From IMG/VR virus record IMGVR_UViG_3300044448_007439, positions 1 to 26,875 of that record: a stretch of 26,875 bases of DNA, one strand, 5' to 3'. This stretch comes from a virus. Its lineage: Duplodnaviria > Caudoviricetes. The notes under the pieces are model-generated. The model saw only the letters and a program-made list of their open reading frames with translations, was not told the DNA's origin and searched no databases. Shown here in pieces: positions 1-8,054 of this stretch. Both the position numbers and the translations under genes were made by a program. Within the stretch, counting starts at the first letter, position 1, and the number at the start of each line of letters is the position of its first letter.

Positions 1-64
1 CTGCGGCGCACATGACTTTGAAAGCCAGCGCTTCTTTGCCTTTGTTGCTTAGCTTCTTTGCCAT
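1..64 (-). CDS. Hypothetical protein, N-terminal fragment (MAKKLSNKGKEALAFKVMCRR...), runs off the window edge
   Basis: ATG at 64 preceded by a GGAAGGAG RBS and a consensus-like promoter; frame open to position 1. Confidence 0.7.
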   Translation of the reverse strand, partial: MAKKLSNKGKEALAFKVMCAA

Positions 65-83
65 ATTTCTCCTTCCAATGCCT

Positions 84-112
84 ATTATAGTCGGCATCTA
101 TCGGAGAGTCAA
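84..112 (-). promoter_or_regulatory. Sigma70/SigA-type promoter TTGACT-N17-TATAAT
   Basis: Minus strand reads TTGACT ctccgatagatgccgac TATAAT aggcatt GGAAGGAG aaat ATG. Confidence 0.8.
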
Positions 113-1119
113 GCGAAGTGGCTATACCTCAACACTGTCCCGGCAGTTAAATCTTCCAATGCCGTCGTGTCTTTCTTCCACCGATGCCCCGCCCCAACTT
201 CGTCATCAACCGGGCCGGGGCGCAAAGCAACTACGACTCGGTCATCGAGAATCTCTCCAGCGTCGACATCTCGAGTCAGGACCAACGACCGGCGCGCCCC
301 ATGAACTGCTGCTCGCTCGACCTCACTGGTCTCTAACGAAGAGTCAGCAAACGCAAGCGCCGTGTACTTCGACAGCTTCACATACTCAGCGAACTCATCA
401 GGCGACAATGCCATCTCGTGATCTGGGCAAACAGCCGGGTCACCGCCAAGTGAACAATGTTTCTCTAACGCAATCGCGCCAGCCGCAGTCGCCGCACCAG
501 CAGACCAGAAACCAAGAGTGTGATCGGAGTATCCGACACCTCGAACGAATATGCGTTGGATCATTGCGTCGAGTCTTTCGATTCGCCCAACGTACGCTGC
601 TTCTGGTTCCGTCGGATACGAGAGCGTGCACGCAAGCAACGTAACCTCGCAGTCATGGCTTTCGAAGATCGACAAAGCGTGCTGGATTTCTGTGATGTTC
701 GCTCCACCAGTCGACAGAAAAACATGGTCCATCGACTCAGCTACAGCCTGCAACAGAATCCTGTTGGTGATATCGCCAGACGCTATCTTGGCCTCGGTTA
801 GCCCGTAGCCCTTCATCGCCCCAACAGCTTCAAGGTCAAACGGCGTCGTCAGAAAACCAACTCCCTGCTCGTGACACGTTTGAATTATCGGTGACCAATC
901 TGTGTAGGGAATCACTCCCCGAGCAAAGACGTCGTGCTGATCGTCTTCATCTTCGCCAGTAGCCCAGTACCGTGGAGCGTCGGAGCGGGCAATGCCGGTC
1001 GGTGTTAGCCATTGAAACTTGACGTCTGTTGCACCTGCTGAGGCGAAAGCTTCGATGCCTGCGATCGCAGTTTCGATATCACCTTCATGTGTTTGTCCAA
1101 GCTCGGCTATGTAACGCAT
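109..1119 (-). CDS. neuB: N-acetylneuraminate/nonulosonic acid synthase family protein (NeuB/PseI/LegI/SpsE-like) with C-terminal SAF-like segment
   Basis: Motifs IAELGQTHEGD, VKFQ, FLTTPFD, KIASGDITN, LSTGG, C..SYP, GYSDHT, EKH, DH.MALSP, RRSL; start MRYIAE at 1119 after GGAG. Confidence 0.9.
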   Translation of the reverse strand: MRYIAELGQTHEGDIETAIAGIEAFASAGATDVKFQWLTPTGIARSDAPRYWATGEDEDDQHDVFARGVIPYTDWSPIIQTCHEQGVGFLTTPFDLEAVGAMKGYGLTEAKIASGDITNRILLQAVAESMDHVFLSTGGANITEIQHALSIFESHDCEVTLLACTLSYPTEPEAAYVGRIERLDAMIQRIFVRGVGYSDHTLGFWSAGAATAAGAIALEKHCSLGGDPAVCPDHEMALSPDEFAEYVKLSKYTALAFADSSLETSEVERAAVHGARRSLVLTRDVDAGEILDDRVVVALRPGPVDDEVGAGHRWKKDTTALEDLTAGTVLRYSHFA

Positions 1120-2126
1120 TGATTCTCCACTACTCGCCACGCATCACGAACCATTGTCGGTAAACGTTTTTGTGCGTGCCACCGTAGAAAGTCATAAGCA
1201 AGCCGACTCGAAGACACAACACGGCCGATGTCACCGGGCCTGCGCTCCGCAAATTGCGTTTCGATGAACTGGCCGTTCGGTAATTCGTTGACTGCGTTGA
1301 GAAGCTGGATAATCGAGGTCGATGTTTCCGACCCTAAGTTCAGACACAGATAGTCAGGGAGTCTGCCGAAGTCAGCATGTAGCTCTTCGACTGCCAAACG
1401 GAATGCGGTAGCGATGTCGCTGACATGAACATAATCCCGCAGACAAGTCCCGTCCGGCGTCGGCCAGTCTTTGCCATTGATAATGAATCTGGCTCCTTGG
1501 CCTTGACGAGCAAGCAAAAGCCGCTGCAAGACTCCGGTCGGAGATTCAAGCGTTGGTTCCGCTAACAACCCGGACTCGTCCGCCCCAAGTGGGTTAAAGA
1601 TTCGGAAAGTGACAGCTTTCATGCGCGCTGACTTTGTTGCAGCTTCAATGACTTGCTCGACTGCAAGCTTCGTTTGCCCATACGGATTAGTGGCGCCGAC
1701 TCTGTCGATTTCCGTCAGTGGATGACTTGATTCTTCGTAGACCGCCGCTGACGATGCAAACACGATGCGTTTACAGGATGCGTGCTCCATTGCCAACAAC
1801 ACATTCAGCGTGCCAGAAACGTTCGAGTCCCAGTACTGAATCGGATAACGCAACGACTCTGGTAGCACCTTCAAAGCTGCGCAGTGAACGACCACGTCGT
1901 AGTCGCCTTGCTCGAACACAGAGCGCAAAGCAATCCTGTTGCGTATGTCAGCCGAAATGAAAGCTGGTGCTCGCCCTGTAATTCTGGCGATGCCTTCTCT
2001 AACTTTTGGACGGTCGACATTGTCAAGCAACATGACCGTGTGACCGTGACGCATCAGTTCTAACCCAATATGGCTACCGATATATCCGAGGCCACCAGTT
2101 ACGAGAACTCGCTGCTGGTGCAACAT
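1107..2126 (-). CDS. galE: UDP-glucose 4-epimerase family extended SDR (GalE-like)
   Basis: VLVTGGLGYIGSH Rossmann motif, ASSAAVY, catalytic YGQTK, R.FNP.GA, TPDGTCLRDYVHVSD, RRPGD. Confidence 0.88.
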   Translation of the reverse strand: MLHQQRVLVTGGLGYIGSHIGLELMRHGHTVMLLDNVDRPKVREGIARITGRAPAFISADIRNRIALRSVFEQGDYDVVVHCAALKVLPESLRYPIQYWDSNVSGTLNVLLAMEHASCKRIVFASSAAVYEESSHPLTEIDRVGATNPYGQTKLAVEQVIEAATKSARMKAVTFRIFNPLGADESGLLAEPTLESPTGVLQRLLLARQGQGARFIINGKDWPTPDGTCLRDYVHVSDIATAFRLAVEELHADFGRLPDYLCLNLGSETSTSIIQLLNAVNELPNGQFIETQFAERRPGDIGRVVSSSRLAYDFLRWHAQKRLPTMVRDAWRVVENQCVT

Positions 2127-2130
2127 TAGA

Positions 2131-2289
2131 CTATGACTCTACCGGGTCGTCTTTCCGTTGTCCAGCATTCATCCAAGCAGTCGGACAGTAAACCAACTGA
2201 TGACAATCGCACACTACGACCGGCTCAGGTGGATCGATCAGTCCTTCCTCCGTGAACACCTCTACTAAAGTCTTTGGCTCTTTACTCAC
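2131..2289 (-). CDS. Small hypothetical protein (52 aa, CDCH...C)
   Basis: Translated by hand: GTG overlapping the methyltransferase stop (GTGA), MSKEPKTLVEVFTEEGLIDPPEPVVVCDCHQLVYCPTAW...; fills the gap between neighbouring genes. Confidence 0.55.
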   Translation of the reverse strand: MSKEPKTLVEVFTEEGLIDPPEPVVVCDCHQLVYCPTAWMNAGQRKDDPVES

Positions 2290-3014
2290 AGTTTTAAGAC
2301 TCCTTGCGCTAATCGTTCGACGGCCATCTCGCAGTACCGTTCTTCGATTTCAATACCGATGGCTTTGCGGCCAAGATCTTTCGCTGCTCGGAGCGTCGTG
2401 CCCGACCCCATGAACGGGTCGCAGACCACGGCGGCAGTAGTAGCGGCAATCGCCCGTTTGGGAAGTGCCAATGGAAATGGTGCCGGATGCCGTTGGCTGT
2501 TTTCTGGGCGAATTGTCCAAACATCTCCCGCTTGTGAAGCGCTCTTGTCTGCAAGCACCCAATCAGGTCGCGCCCAGACCATAATCCACTCGCATTTCGG
2601 CAAGAAAAACGTCGTCGAAAAGTTAAGGCCGGTTTCACGATTCCAAATAACTACCTGACGCAACGGGATATCACCGCCATAAATCGTCGGAAGCTTCATT
2701 ACTCCGTTCATCGCTCGAGGTTTGTGGTTGTAGAAAATCGCTCCGTTATCGCTCAGGCTGTCCCACATCAGGCCCACCACTTCACGCTGCCAATCGTCGT
2801 ACTCGTGCTGAGGCATGTCGTCCGTAAACGACGCGTACCCGTTGACCAGCTTGCGCGCCGCCAAGCTGCCAGCCCCAAATTTGCCGCCGGTAGACGTCCC
2901 CAAATTGTACGGCGGCGACGTGAAGAACAAATCAACATCGGTCAACGTCGGCAGAATCTCGCGACAGTCGCCCAGATAGATCGTCACGCTGTCGTCCTCG
3001 TAATACGGAGTCAT
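2286..3014 (-). CDS. Orphan DNA methyltransferase, beta class (N6_N4_Mtase family; SPPY suggests N4-cytosine)
   Basis: GDCRE, FTSPPYN catalytic motif, HPAPFP, DPFMGSGTT SAM-binding motif, IGIEI..RYC. Confidence 0.92.
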   Translation of the reverse strand: MTPYYEDDSVTIYLGDCREILPTLTDVDLFFTSPPYNLGTSTGGKFGAGSLAARKLVNGYASFTDDMPQHEYDDWQREVVGLMWDSLSDNGAIFYNHKPRAMNGVMKLPTIYGGDIPLRQVVIWNRETGLNFSTTFFLPKCEWIMVWARPDWVLADKSASQAGDVWTIRPENSQRHPAPFPLALPKRAIAATTAAVVCDPFMGSGTTLRAAKDLGRKAIGIEIEERYCEMAVERLAQGVLKL

Positions 3015-3532
3015 GGCTTACAGGTCCAATACAACCACGAGTCGTTTCCGGTTTTCCAAATGTGGTAGGCCATCGCGACGTTGGTTTCAAAGTCAAGGAT
3101 CTTTGCCCAAACGTGGGCGGGCCATGCGTCTTCCCAAACGTCGTTGATTTGAAACCATCCTCTATCGATGGTGCCGTTGCGATTTGGTTTCGAGACCGCT
3201 TTCGGATTGTGGCTCGATTCGCACCAACTCACTGCAAGAGCTTCTTCGCAGTCCCACCTGTAAGCAGGGTTACAGACAACCCGTTCGATTGTGTTCTTCG
3301 GCGCTCGAGCAGCCTCCACCACGATGTTGTCAGGCTGAGTTGTCGTTGTCGTTGACGTTGTCGTCGTTGTGCTCGTTGTTGTCGTGCTACTCGTCGTCGT
3401 TGTTGTTACGATTGGTTCAGTCGTCGCCACTTTGAGATCCGGCACAACCTTGATCTCAGCGGAATCAACTTGAGTCGGACTACCGGAACAACTGACTAGG
3501 GCCAAAGTGGCGGCGGCTACCCAAATCCTCAT
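3011..3532 (-). CDS. Lipoprotein with Thr-rich linker and lysozyme-like/lytic transglycosylase domain
   Basis: Start MRIWVAAATLALVSC (lipobox-like, ATGA overlap with upstream stop); poly-Thr linker; AVSWCESS catalytic Glu, G.FQIN, N..MAY.IW, W..WTC. Confidence 0.8.
   Translation of the reverse strand: MRIWVAAATLALVSCSGSPTQVDSAEIKVVPDLKVATTEPIVTTTTTSSTTTTSTTTTTSTTTTTQPDNIVVEAARAPKNTIERVVCNPAYRWDCEEALAVSWCESSHNPKAVSKPNRNGTIDRGWFQINDVWEDAWPAHVWAKILDFETNVAMAYHIWKTGNDSWLYWTCKP
3338..3408 (-). repeat. Low-complexity ACN codon tract encoding the poly-Thr/Ser linker
   Basis: Imperfect (GTC/GTT)n on the + strand; protein reads TTTTTSSTTTTSTTTTTSTTTTTQ. Confidence 0.85.
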
Positions 3533-3687
3533 AACGCTTCGCATCTCCTCATCGCTGCAACCATCCACGGCGCTACGTCACACCGACTACAGCGTACGTC
3601 AACGTCGTCGGGATCTGCGTGCCAAAGATGCGATAACAGATCCTCTTTCGCTTGGCGTGTCAACGGCATTTCTGACTTAAGGTTCAT
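3529..3687 (-). CDS. Small hypothetical protein (H..H...CxxC...C)
   Basis: MNLKSEMPLTRQ...RCSRCDVAPW; tightly overlapping both neighbours. Confidence 0.55.
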   Translation of the reverse strand: MNLKSEMPLTRQAKEDLLSHLWHADPDDVDVRCSRCDVAPWMVAAMRRCEAL

Positions 3688-3829
3688 CAGTTTCGACCCG
3701 GTAATCAATGCCACACGTTTTGCATCGTGCCCAAATGAGCCGTGTGATTGTGCCTGCGGCGTCGGCTTCAGCTACTAAAGGCTGCCGATCATCCGAGCCG
3801 CAGAATGGGCATTGCGCATTGACGATCAT
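3677..3829 (-). CDS. Small zinc-ribbon protein (CPFCG...CKTC), 50 aa, Lar-like pattern
   Basis: Translated by hand: MIVNAQCPFCGSDDRQPLVAEADAAGTITRLIWARCKTCGIDYRVETDEP; TGATG overlap with upstream stop. Confidence 0.65.
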   Translation of the reverse strand: MIVNAQCPFCGSDDRQPLVAEADAAGTITRLIWARCKTCGIDYRVETDEP

Positions 3830-3969
3830 CAGTTGCCCCTTGCTTCGTCGATTTTCATGTCGATATACATTGACTCGGCGTTCTCTTGAGCTTCGATCAT
3901 TTCTTCGTACTCTTCTTCAGTCATGTCGGCGTACGGATCGTCAGGTGGCTCGAGGTGGCGGTCATCCAT
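3829..3969 (-). CDS. Small acidic hypothetical protein (46 aa)
   Basis: MDDRHLEPPDDPYADMTEEEYEEMIEAQENAE...; TAATG overlap with upstream stop. Confidence 0.65.
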   Translation of the reverse strand: MDDRHLEPPDDPYADMTEEEYEEMIEAQENAESMYIDMKIDEARGN

Positions 3970-4337
3970 TAGTGTCCCCATCCCCAGCCGGTCTCGCTCG
4001 CCGTTGGCAGTTCTTCGCTGCCAGCGATGAAGACCCGAGCGCCTGCTGACCTGTATCCGAGGTTGACCCATAGCTTGCCCTTATCCAGTTCCTCGACTTT
4101 CCTGTAGCCAGTCGTTTCGGCGTTCGAAAGAAAGCTCCCCGGTATCGGGCTGACCTTGACGGTCGGCTCGTTCCGATCACTGATATCTCGCTTGTGAATC
4201 CGATGGAGCTTGATGCGCCCCGTCTTGGATACCGCTACCACCTCGTAGTAGTCAATGTTGGTTTGGTTGTAACCCCAGTTGTTTTCGAAGATATCTCCGA
4301 CGGCAACTGGCGGTGTTGCTTTCAGTGTGTCGCTCAC
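3969..4337 (-). CDS. Hypothetical phage protein (VGDIF...WGYNQTNIDYYEVV)
   Basis: 122-aa ORF, AGGAAGGAG RBS, GTGA overlap with upstream stop. Confidence 0.75.
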   Translation of the reverse strand: MSDTLKATPPVAVGDIFENNWGYNQTNIDYYEVVAVSKTGRIKLHRIHKRDISDRNEPTVKVSPIPGSFLSNAETTGYRKVEELDKGKLWVNLGYRSAGARVFIAGSEELPTASETGWGWGH

Positions 4338-4873
4338 TTTGCTGCTCCTTCCTTAGCTTTTTTGTTGTTCCGGTCGATCGAGCCTTTAAGCCCTTTGACG
4401 AGCGCAGTCGCTTTACCCTTTGCTTCGACCGCTCGTTCAAACGCCAAGCTCAATTTGTGCCACTCGCTCGCACGGAGAACTTCGTTCGGGTCGTAGTTGT
4501 CGGTGTGCTTGCCGATCAGGTAGTCGTCCAACTCGATCGGCTCTCTCAAGTCGGGATCAGCGGTGGGCGGCCAGTGATCCTTGTGTCCGGTTCGTTTGCA
4601 GATCGACTTGAACAGTGTCCACCAGCCTTCTACATAAGCGCCGCCGGTTACATAACTGTCTCGGAACGAGGCAGGCTTTTCGTAGAGAAGCCAGAAACTT
4701 CCCCAGCTTCCTCTCGCCAGCTTGAACGCTTCGAGTCCTGCGAGCAGTTCGGCCTCGGTGTAAGCGCCAACCGCTTTCGGTTCCTCGATCACCGATTCGA
4801 GCGCTTCGATCATTACCATCGCCCTCGCCCGAGTCCTTTTCGGTCCTTTGTTGTTGCTCGTATATATGTTCAC
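4334..4873 (-). CDS. Hypothetical protein
   Basis: 179-aa ORF, GTG start with GGAAGGGG RBS. Confidence 0.7.
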   Translation of the reverse strand: MNIYTSNNKGPKRTRARAMVMIEALESVIEEPKAVGAYTEAELLAGLEAFKLARGSWGSFWLLYEKPASFRDSYVTGGAYVEGWWTLFKSICKRTGHKDHWPPTADPDLREPIELDDYLIGKHTDNYDPNEVLRASEWHKLSLAFERAVEAKGKATALVKGLKGSIDRNNKKAKEGAAK

Positions 4874-4887
4874 TTTGTTTCCCCTTC

Positions 4888-5112
4888 CTATTCGAATACC
4901 AGCACTGTGAGGCCGGTCGCTTCGAGACCCGCCTTTAGTTCTTCTGTGTCGAGCACTTCCCCGCCGCCGTAGATGGCAGTGGCTTTAGCTGACAGATGTT
5001 CGAGCACGCATTTGTGGCAATGTTCTGCGGTTGGTGGTCCGGCGAACCCGACGACTCCGCAGTCAAGGCACTCTCTCGTCCTCATCTTCTCAAACAGTGT
5101 TTCTGTTGTCAT
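4888..5112 (-). CDS. Small CxxC...CxxC protein
   Basis: MTTETLFEK...CLDC...CHKC; GGAAGGAG RBS and its own promoter. Confidence 0.7.
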   Translation of the reverse strand: MTTETLFEKMRTRECLDCGVVGFAGPPTAEHCHKCVLEHLSAKATAIYGGGEVLDTEELKAGLEATGLTVLVFE

Positions 5113-5132
5113 GCTTTCTCCTTCCACTCCCT

Positions 5133-5161
5133 ATTATAGCCGCTCTCTACTGGGATGTCTA
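5133..5161 (-). promoter_or_regulatory. Promoter TAGACA-N17-TATAAT
   Basis: Minus strand reads TAGACA tcccagtagagagcggc TATAAT agggagt GGAAGGAG aaagc ATG. Confidence 0.78.
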
Positions 5162-5295
5162 GCTCTGGCCCGCACCAATTCTTTGCTCCAGTACCACTTA
5201 CTCAGTTCGTGGCACCCAGTCGCAAAGAGCACTGCGGGGCATATTGCAATCGACAACAACAGAACCAGTTCAGCGAACTCACCTAGATCAGCCAC
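5134..5295 (-). CDS. Small putative membrane protein (53 aa)
   Basis: Translated by hand: MADLGEFAELVLLLSIAICPAVLFATGCHELSKWYWSKELVRARARHPSRERL; one hydrophobic helix and a basic tail. Confidence 0.5.
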   Translation of the reverse strand: MADLGEFAELVLLLSIAICPAVLFATGCHELSKWYWSKELVRARARHPSRERL

Positions 5296-5494
5296 TTGCC
5301 ACCGCCTCGAACAAACCGTAGCTTTCGCCGACTAATTCGCGAATGCCAACATGTTTGTATCCTTCTTCGACGCATTTATTGGCGAACCACCGAGCACTCT
5401 CCAGCGCGTGCGGCCCGTCATATATCCGGTAATCGGCGGCGTCATCGTTCTCGTCCGTTGCGTTCGCGAACACTATGTACTCGGGTCTAGACAT
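5288..5494 (-). CDS. Hypothetical protein, paralog of 5487-5726
   Basis: MSRPEYIVF...ALESARWFANKCVEEGYKHVGIRE; GAGGAG RBS. Confidence 0.7.
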   Translation of the reverse strand: MSRPEYIVFANATDENDDAADYRIYDGPHALESARWFANKCVEEGYKHVGIRELVGESYGLFEAVASG

Positions 5495-5726
5495 CGAACG
5501 ACTCCTCATCAATTTTTTCGTGGAAACCGCCGTAGAGACCGTCACTCACTTCACGGATCGAAACCATTTTGTATCCTTCTTCGATCATTCTCTTAGCGTG
5601 ATACCGAGCCGCTTCTAAAGCGCCTTTACCGGTCGAGATTTTCCAATCGGGCTTTTCCCAGTCACCTCCTTTTGAGGCGGCCAGCGTGATGTACGCCGGG
5701 AATGTTTTGTGGGCTATTGATGTCAT
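5487..5726 (-). CDS. Hypothetical protein, paralog of 5288-5494
   Basis: MTSIAHK...ALEAARYHAKRMIEEGYKMVSIRE; GGAAGGAG RBS. Confidence 0.72.
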   Translation of the reverse strand: MTSIAHKTFPAYITLAASKGGDWEKPDWKISTGKGALEAARYHAKRMIEEGYKMVSIREVSDGLYGGFHEKIDEESFDV

Positions 5727-5739
5727 TCTCTTCTCCTTC

Positions 5740-5871
5740 CTATACTTCCGAGACTCGGTAGCCAGCTTCACAATCGAAGCACTCCCAGCCGATTTCGCCG
5801 CTGAGAAGCTCCAACTCGGCGCCCTCTTCAGACGAACACACTGGGCACACTGTTAATGTGTAGTCGGTCAT
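5740..5871 (-). CDS. Small zinc-ribbon protein (43 aa, CPVC...CFDC)
   Basis: Translated by hand: MTDYTLTVCPVCSSEEGAELELLSGEIGWECFDCEAGYRVSEV; GGAAGGAG RBS. Confidence 0.7.
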   Translation of the reverse strand: MTDYTLTVCPVCSSEEGAELELLSGEIGWECFDCEAGYRVSEV

Positions 5872-5996
5872 TCTTTTTCTCCTTCCGCGCACGGAGCGCA
5901 GATCTCGCCGAATTTGAAACCGGGCGGCAGTAGGAAGAGTGGAAACTCCACCCCCGGCCCGCTCCGCTCACAAACTTTGCACTTTGGCTCTGTCAT
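5868..5996 (-). CDS. Small zinc-finger protein (42 aa, CKVC...CAPC)
   Basis: Translated by hand: MTEPKCKVCERSGPGVEFPLFLLPPGFKFGEICAPCAEGEKE; GGAAGGAG RBS; ATGA overlap with next gene. Confidence 0.7.
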   Translation of the reverse strand: MTEPKCKVCERSGPGVEFPLFLLPPGFKFGEICAPCAEGEKE

Positions 5997-6016
5997 TTCT
6001 TTCTCCTTCCAGTTCC

Positions 6017-6025
6017 ATTATATCA
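6017..6025 (-). promoter_or_regulatory. Extended -10 promoter TGnTATAAT
   Basis: Minus strand reads TGaTATAAT ggaact GGAAGGAG; no good -35 element. Confidence 0.6.
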
Positions 6026-6051
6026 GGACTCTAGCGGAAAAGAAAGTACAG

Positions 6052-7731
6052 CTACGGCAACCAGCGCGTCCGAATCGCTCGATCAAGCACCTCAACCACT
6101 GGCTCGCCCCTGCGAGACGGCTGCAAAGCCTTCCATGCCATCAAAGCGCCCTCAGACGCCTCCTCCGGCCGTGAGAGAAGCCCAGAGACTGTTGTGGCTA
6201 CACGGGCCGGGTCGAGGCTGTACTGCTCTACAGCGCCCATATAGACGACACCGGGCAACTGGTAGTGTGCTCGCTCTCTTGCGTTGACAGCGATTGAGAG
6301 CACCGGAGCGCCACACAAAGCGGCCTCGTATACCGTTCTACCCTGCGAAGTGACAACGAGCGCTGCAGACGCCATGAGCGCTGCCATCGAGGCAGGGTGA
6401 TGGACTACACGAAAATTGTCGACTGGGATATCCGACTCACCAATCGGTGGTGTTACCAGCGTCACTGGATGCTCAAGCCACGGCTGCACTTCCAACTGCC
6501 ACTGAATCGCCTCAGCTACAGGGAACGAAAGACCAGCCGGATCGGTACCCCCGAACGTCACCACAATGCCACGTCTGGGCCGCTCGACATCAAACCCGGC
6601 GAACTCTGAGCGAGGTAAGAAGAACTCGGGGCCAGACAACCGCCCGTCTTCTGGCGCTGCTAACGCATCAAACTCGAGGTCAGCGCTCCCAGCCGGTAAA
6701 GCGGACTCGAATGTAACCGTCAAGACACCGACCGATCGTAGAGCCTGCACCTCAGCTTGCGTAGTGAATGGGCCGTCGAACACAACCACGTCGAAGTCGT
6801 CAAGTGGTGTTTCGTCCATCACCGGGTAACCGTGGTCAGCGATCATGTGGTGATAGAACTCTTTGTCTTCGTCGATCGTGCGAACACCGATCACCACGTC
6901 GTGATGCGACATCAGATCAGCTAGCGTCAGCGCTCTGCGTAGATGTCCGCTGCCGATGCGATGGCCGACCTCGGCAACGATCCCGATTTGAGCTTTGCCG
7001 ATGGAGCGATTCGCTATGTACAAATCGTTGTGCGTGTCGATGTCCAGCGCTTGAGCTTCGGGCACTTCGATCAAATGGTGCGGTATTCCAATCATTGGAG
7101 ATCCGTACTCTGGCTCGAGCCGTGGGAAGTTGCGACATAGCTGCAAGCCGCCGGTCTCGCGCCACACAGTTGTTTGCCCATACTGGCGATTCGACCTCGA
7201 CTCATACAACGGGCCGTCCATGCCCCACAACAAATGGCGTTCCGGTACGACGGTCGCTGCAGACGCTAACTCTTCTTCGTGGTTCACGAACTCGTCAAAC
7301 GCTGATTCAAGCCAGCCTTCGTACATCAAAGGTGACGTGCACTGGTGAATCCCGACGACACTATATGGATTCTCTACTGGCGTGATCGGGTCATCCCAAT
7401 TCACATTGTCTAACGATTGGAATTCCAGTGGATCGATGCGCCCTACGTCCCGTATTCGTTGTAGGACTTGCTCGGCTGCTACATGAACCGGTTGATCGTC
7501 GTCGACTGTTGGTCGTAATGCGACCGTTATACCGTGAGCCTGACAGACTTCGGCGATCTGCATGTCGTCGGTTGCGACTACTGCTTCGATGTCCCACCCT
7601 TCTGGTTCTATGCCTAGACAGCGGTAGGCGGCGTTTACGATTAGGGGCAAACCCGCTACGGGTCTGAGATTTTTGCGTGGTATGCCTCTGCTTCCGCCTC
7701 GGGCGGGAATGACTATTAGGGCTTTGTTCAT
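6052..7731 (-). CDS. Fusion of acylneuraminate cytidylyltransferase (NeuA/PseF-like) and a PseG/SpsG-like GT-B fold domain
   Basis: N-terminal IPARGGSRGIPRKN, VATDD, Q.TSP, ETG, DIDT; C-terminal IGSGHLRRALTLA, VTFGGTDP, MAALM.SA.LVVTSQGRTVYEA. Confidence 0.88.
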   Translation of the reverse strand: MNKALIVIPARGGSRGIPRKNLRPVAGLPLIVNAAYRCLGIEPEGWDIEAVVATDDMQIAEVCQAHGITVALRPTVDDDQPVHVAAEQVLQRIRDVGRIDPLEFQSLDNVNWDDPITPVENPYSVVGIHQCTSPLMYEGWLESAFDEFVNHEEELASAATVVPERHLLWGMDGPLYESRSNRQYGQTTVWRETGGLQLCRNFPRLEPEYGSPMIGIPHHLIEVPEAQALDIDTHNDLYIANRSIGKAQIGIVAEVGHRIGSGHLRRALTLADLMSHHDVVIGVRTIDEDKEFYHHMIADHGYPVMDETPLDDFDVVVFDGPFTTQAEVQALRSVGVLTVTFESALPAGSADLEFDALAAPEDGRLSGPEFFLPRSEFAGFDVERPRRGIVVTFGGTDPAGLSFPVAEAIQWQLEVQPWLEHPVTLVTPPIGESDIPVDNFRVVHHPASMAALMASAALVVTSQGRTVYEAALCGAPVLSIAVNARERAHYQLPGVVYMGAVEQYSLDPARVATTVSGLLSRPEEASEGALMAWKALQPSRRGEPVVEVLDRAIRTRWLP

Positions 7732-7760
7732 AGTGTGGTGTGAGTGTGGTTGTGGTGTGG

Positions 7761-8054
7761 CTACTTACGGCTGAGTGGTTTGTTGCGCCATCCCACTTTG
7801 TAGAGCTTCTTTCCTTCTGCTTCTGTGAGTCCGTTGGGGTAGCCGATGTAGTACATGATGGTGGGCCATGTGTGGCCTTCGTCTATTTCCCATCCTCCGG
7901 CTGCTTCTGAGTGTCGGGTAGCTGAGCCGGTTTGTGCGGGTTCTAGTTCTTTTCTGGTGAGTAGCTCTACGAGGGCTTCGAACTGTTCGTCTCCGCTTTC
8001 TTCTGCTATGCGTGCGTCGACTAGTTCTTCGAGTTTGTCAAAGAGTAGGGACAT
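7761..8054 (-). CDS. Hypothetical protein (97 aa)
   Basis: Start MSLLFDKLEEL at a TAATG overlap with the upstream small ORF. Confidence 0.65.
   Translation of the reverse strand: MSLLFDKLEELVDARIAEESGDEQFEALVELLTRKELEPAQTGSATRHSEAAGGWEIDEGHTWPTIMYYIGYPNGLTEAEGKKLYKVGWRNKPLSRK

Noticed and set aside
12-644. 210-aa plus-strand ORF and the many other plus-strand ORFs between 1 and 22500
   Set aside because: Antisense shadows of well-supported minus-strand genes, with no recognisable motifs
2286-3014. Methyltransferase as part of a restriction-modification system
   Set aside because: No adjacent restriction endonuclease; orphan methyltransferases are common in phages
7732-7760. GTGTG/GTG low-complexity tract upstream of the cytidylyltransferase fusion
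   Set aside because: Only ~29 nt and irregular; no function can be supported
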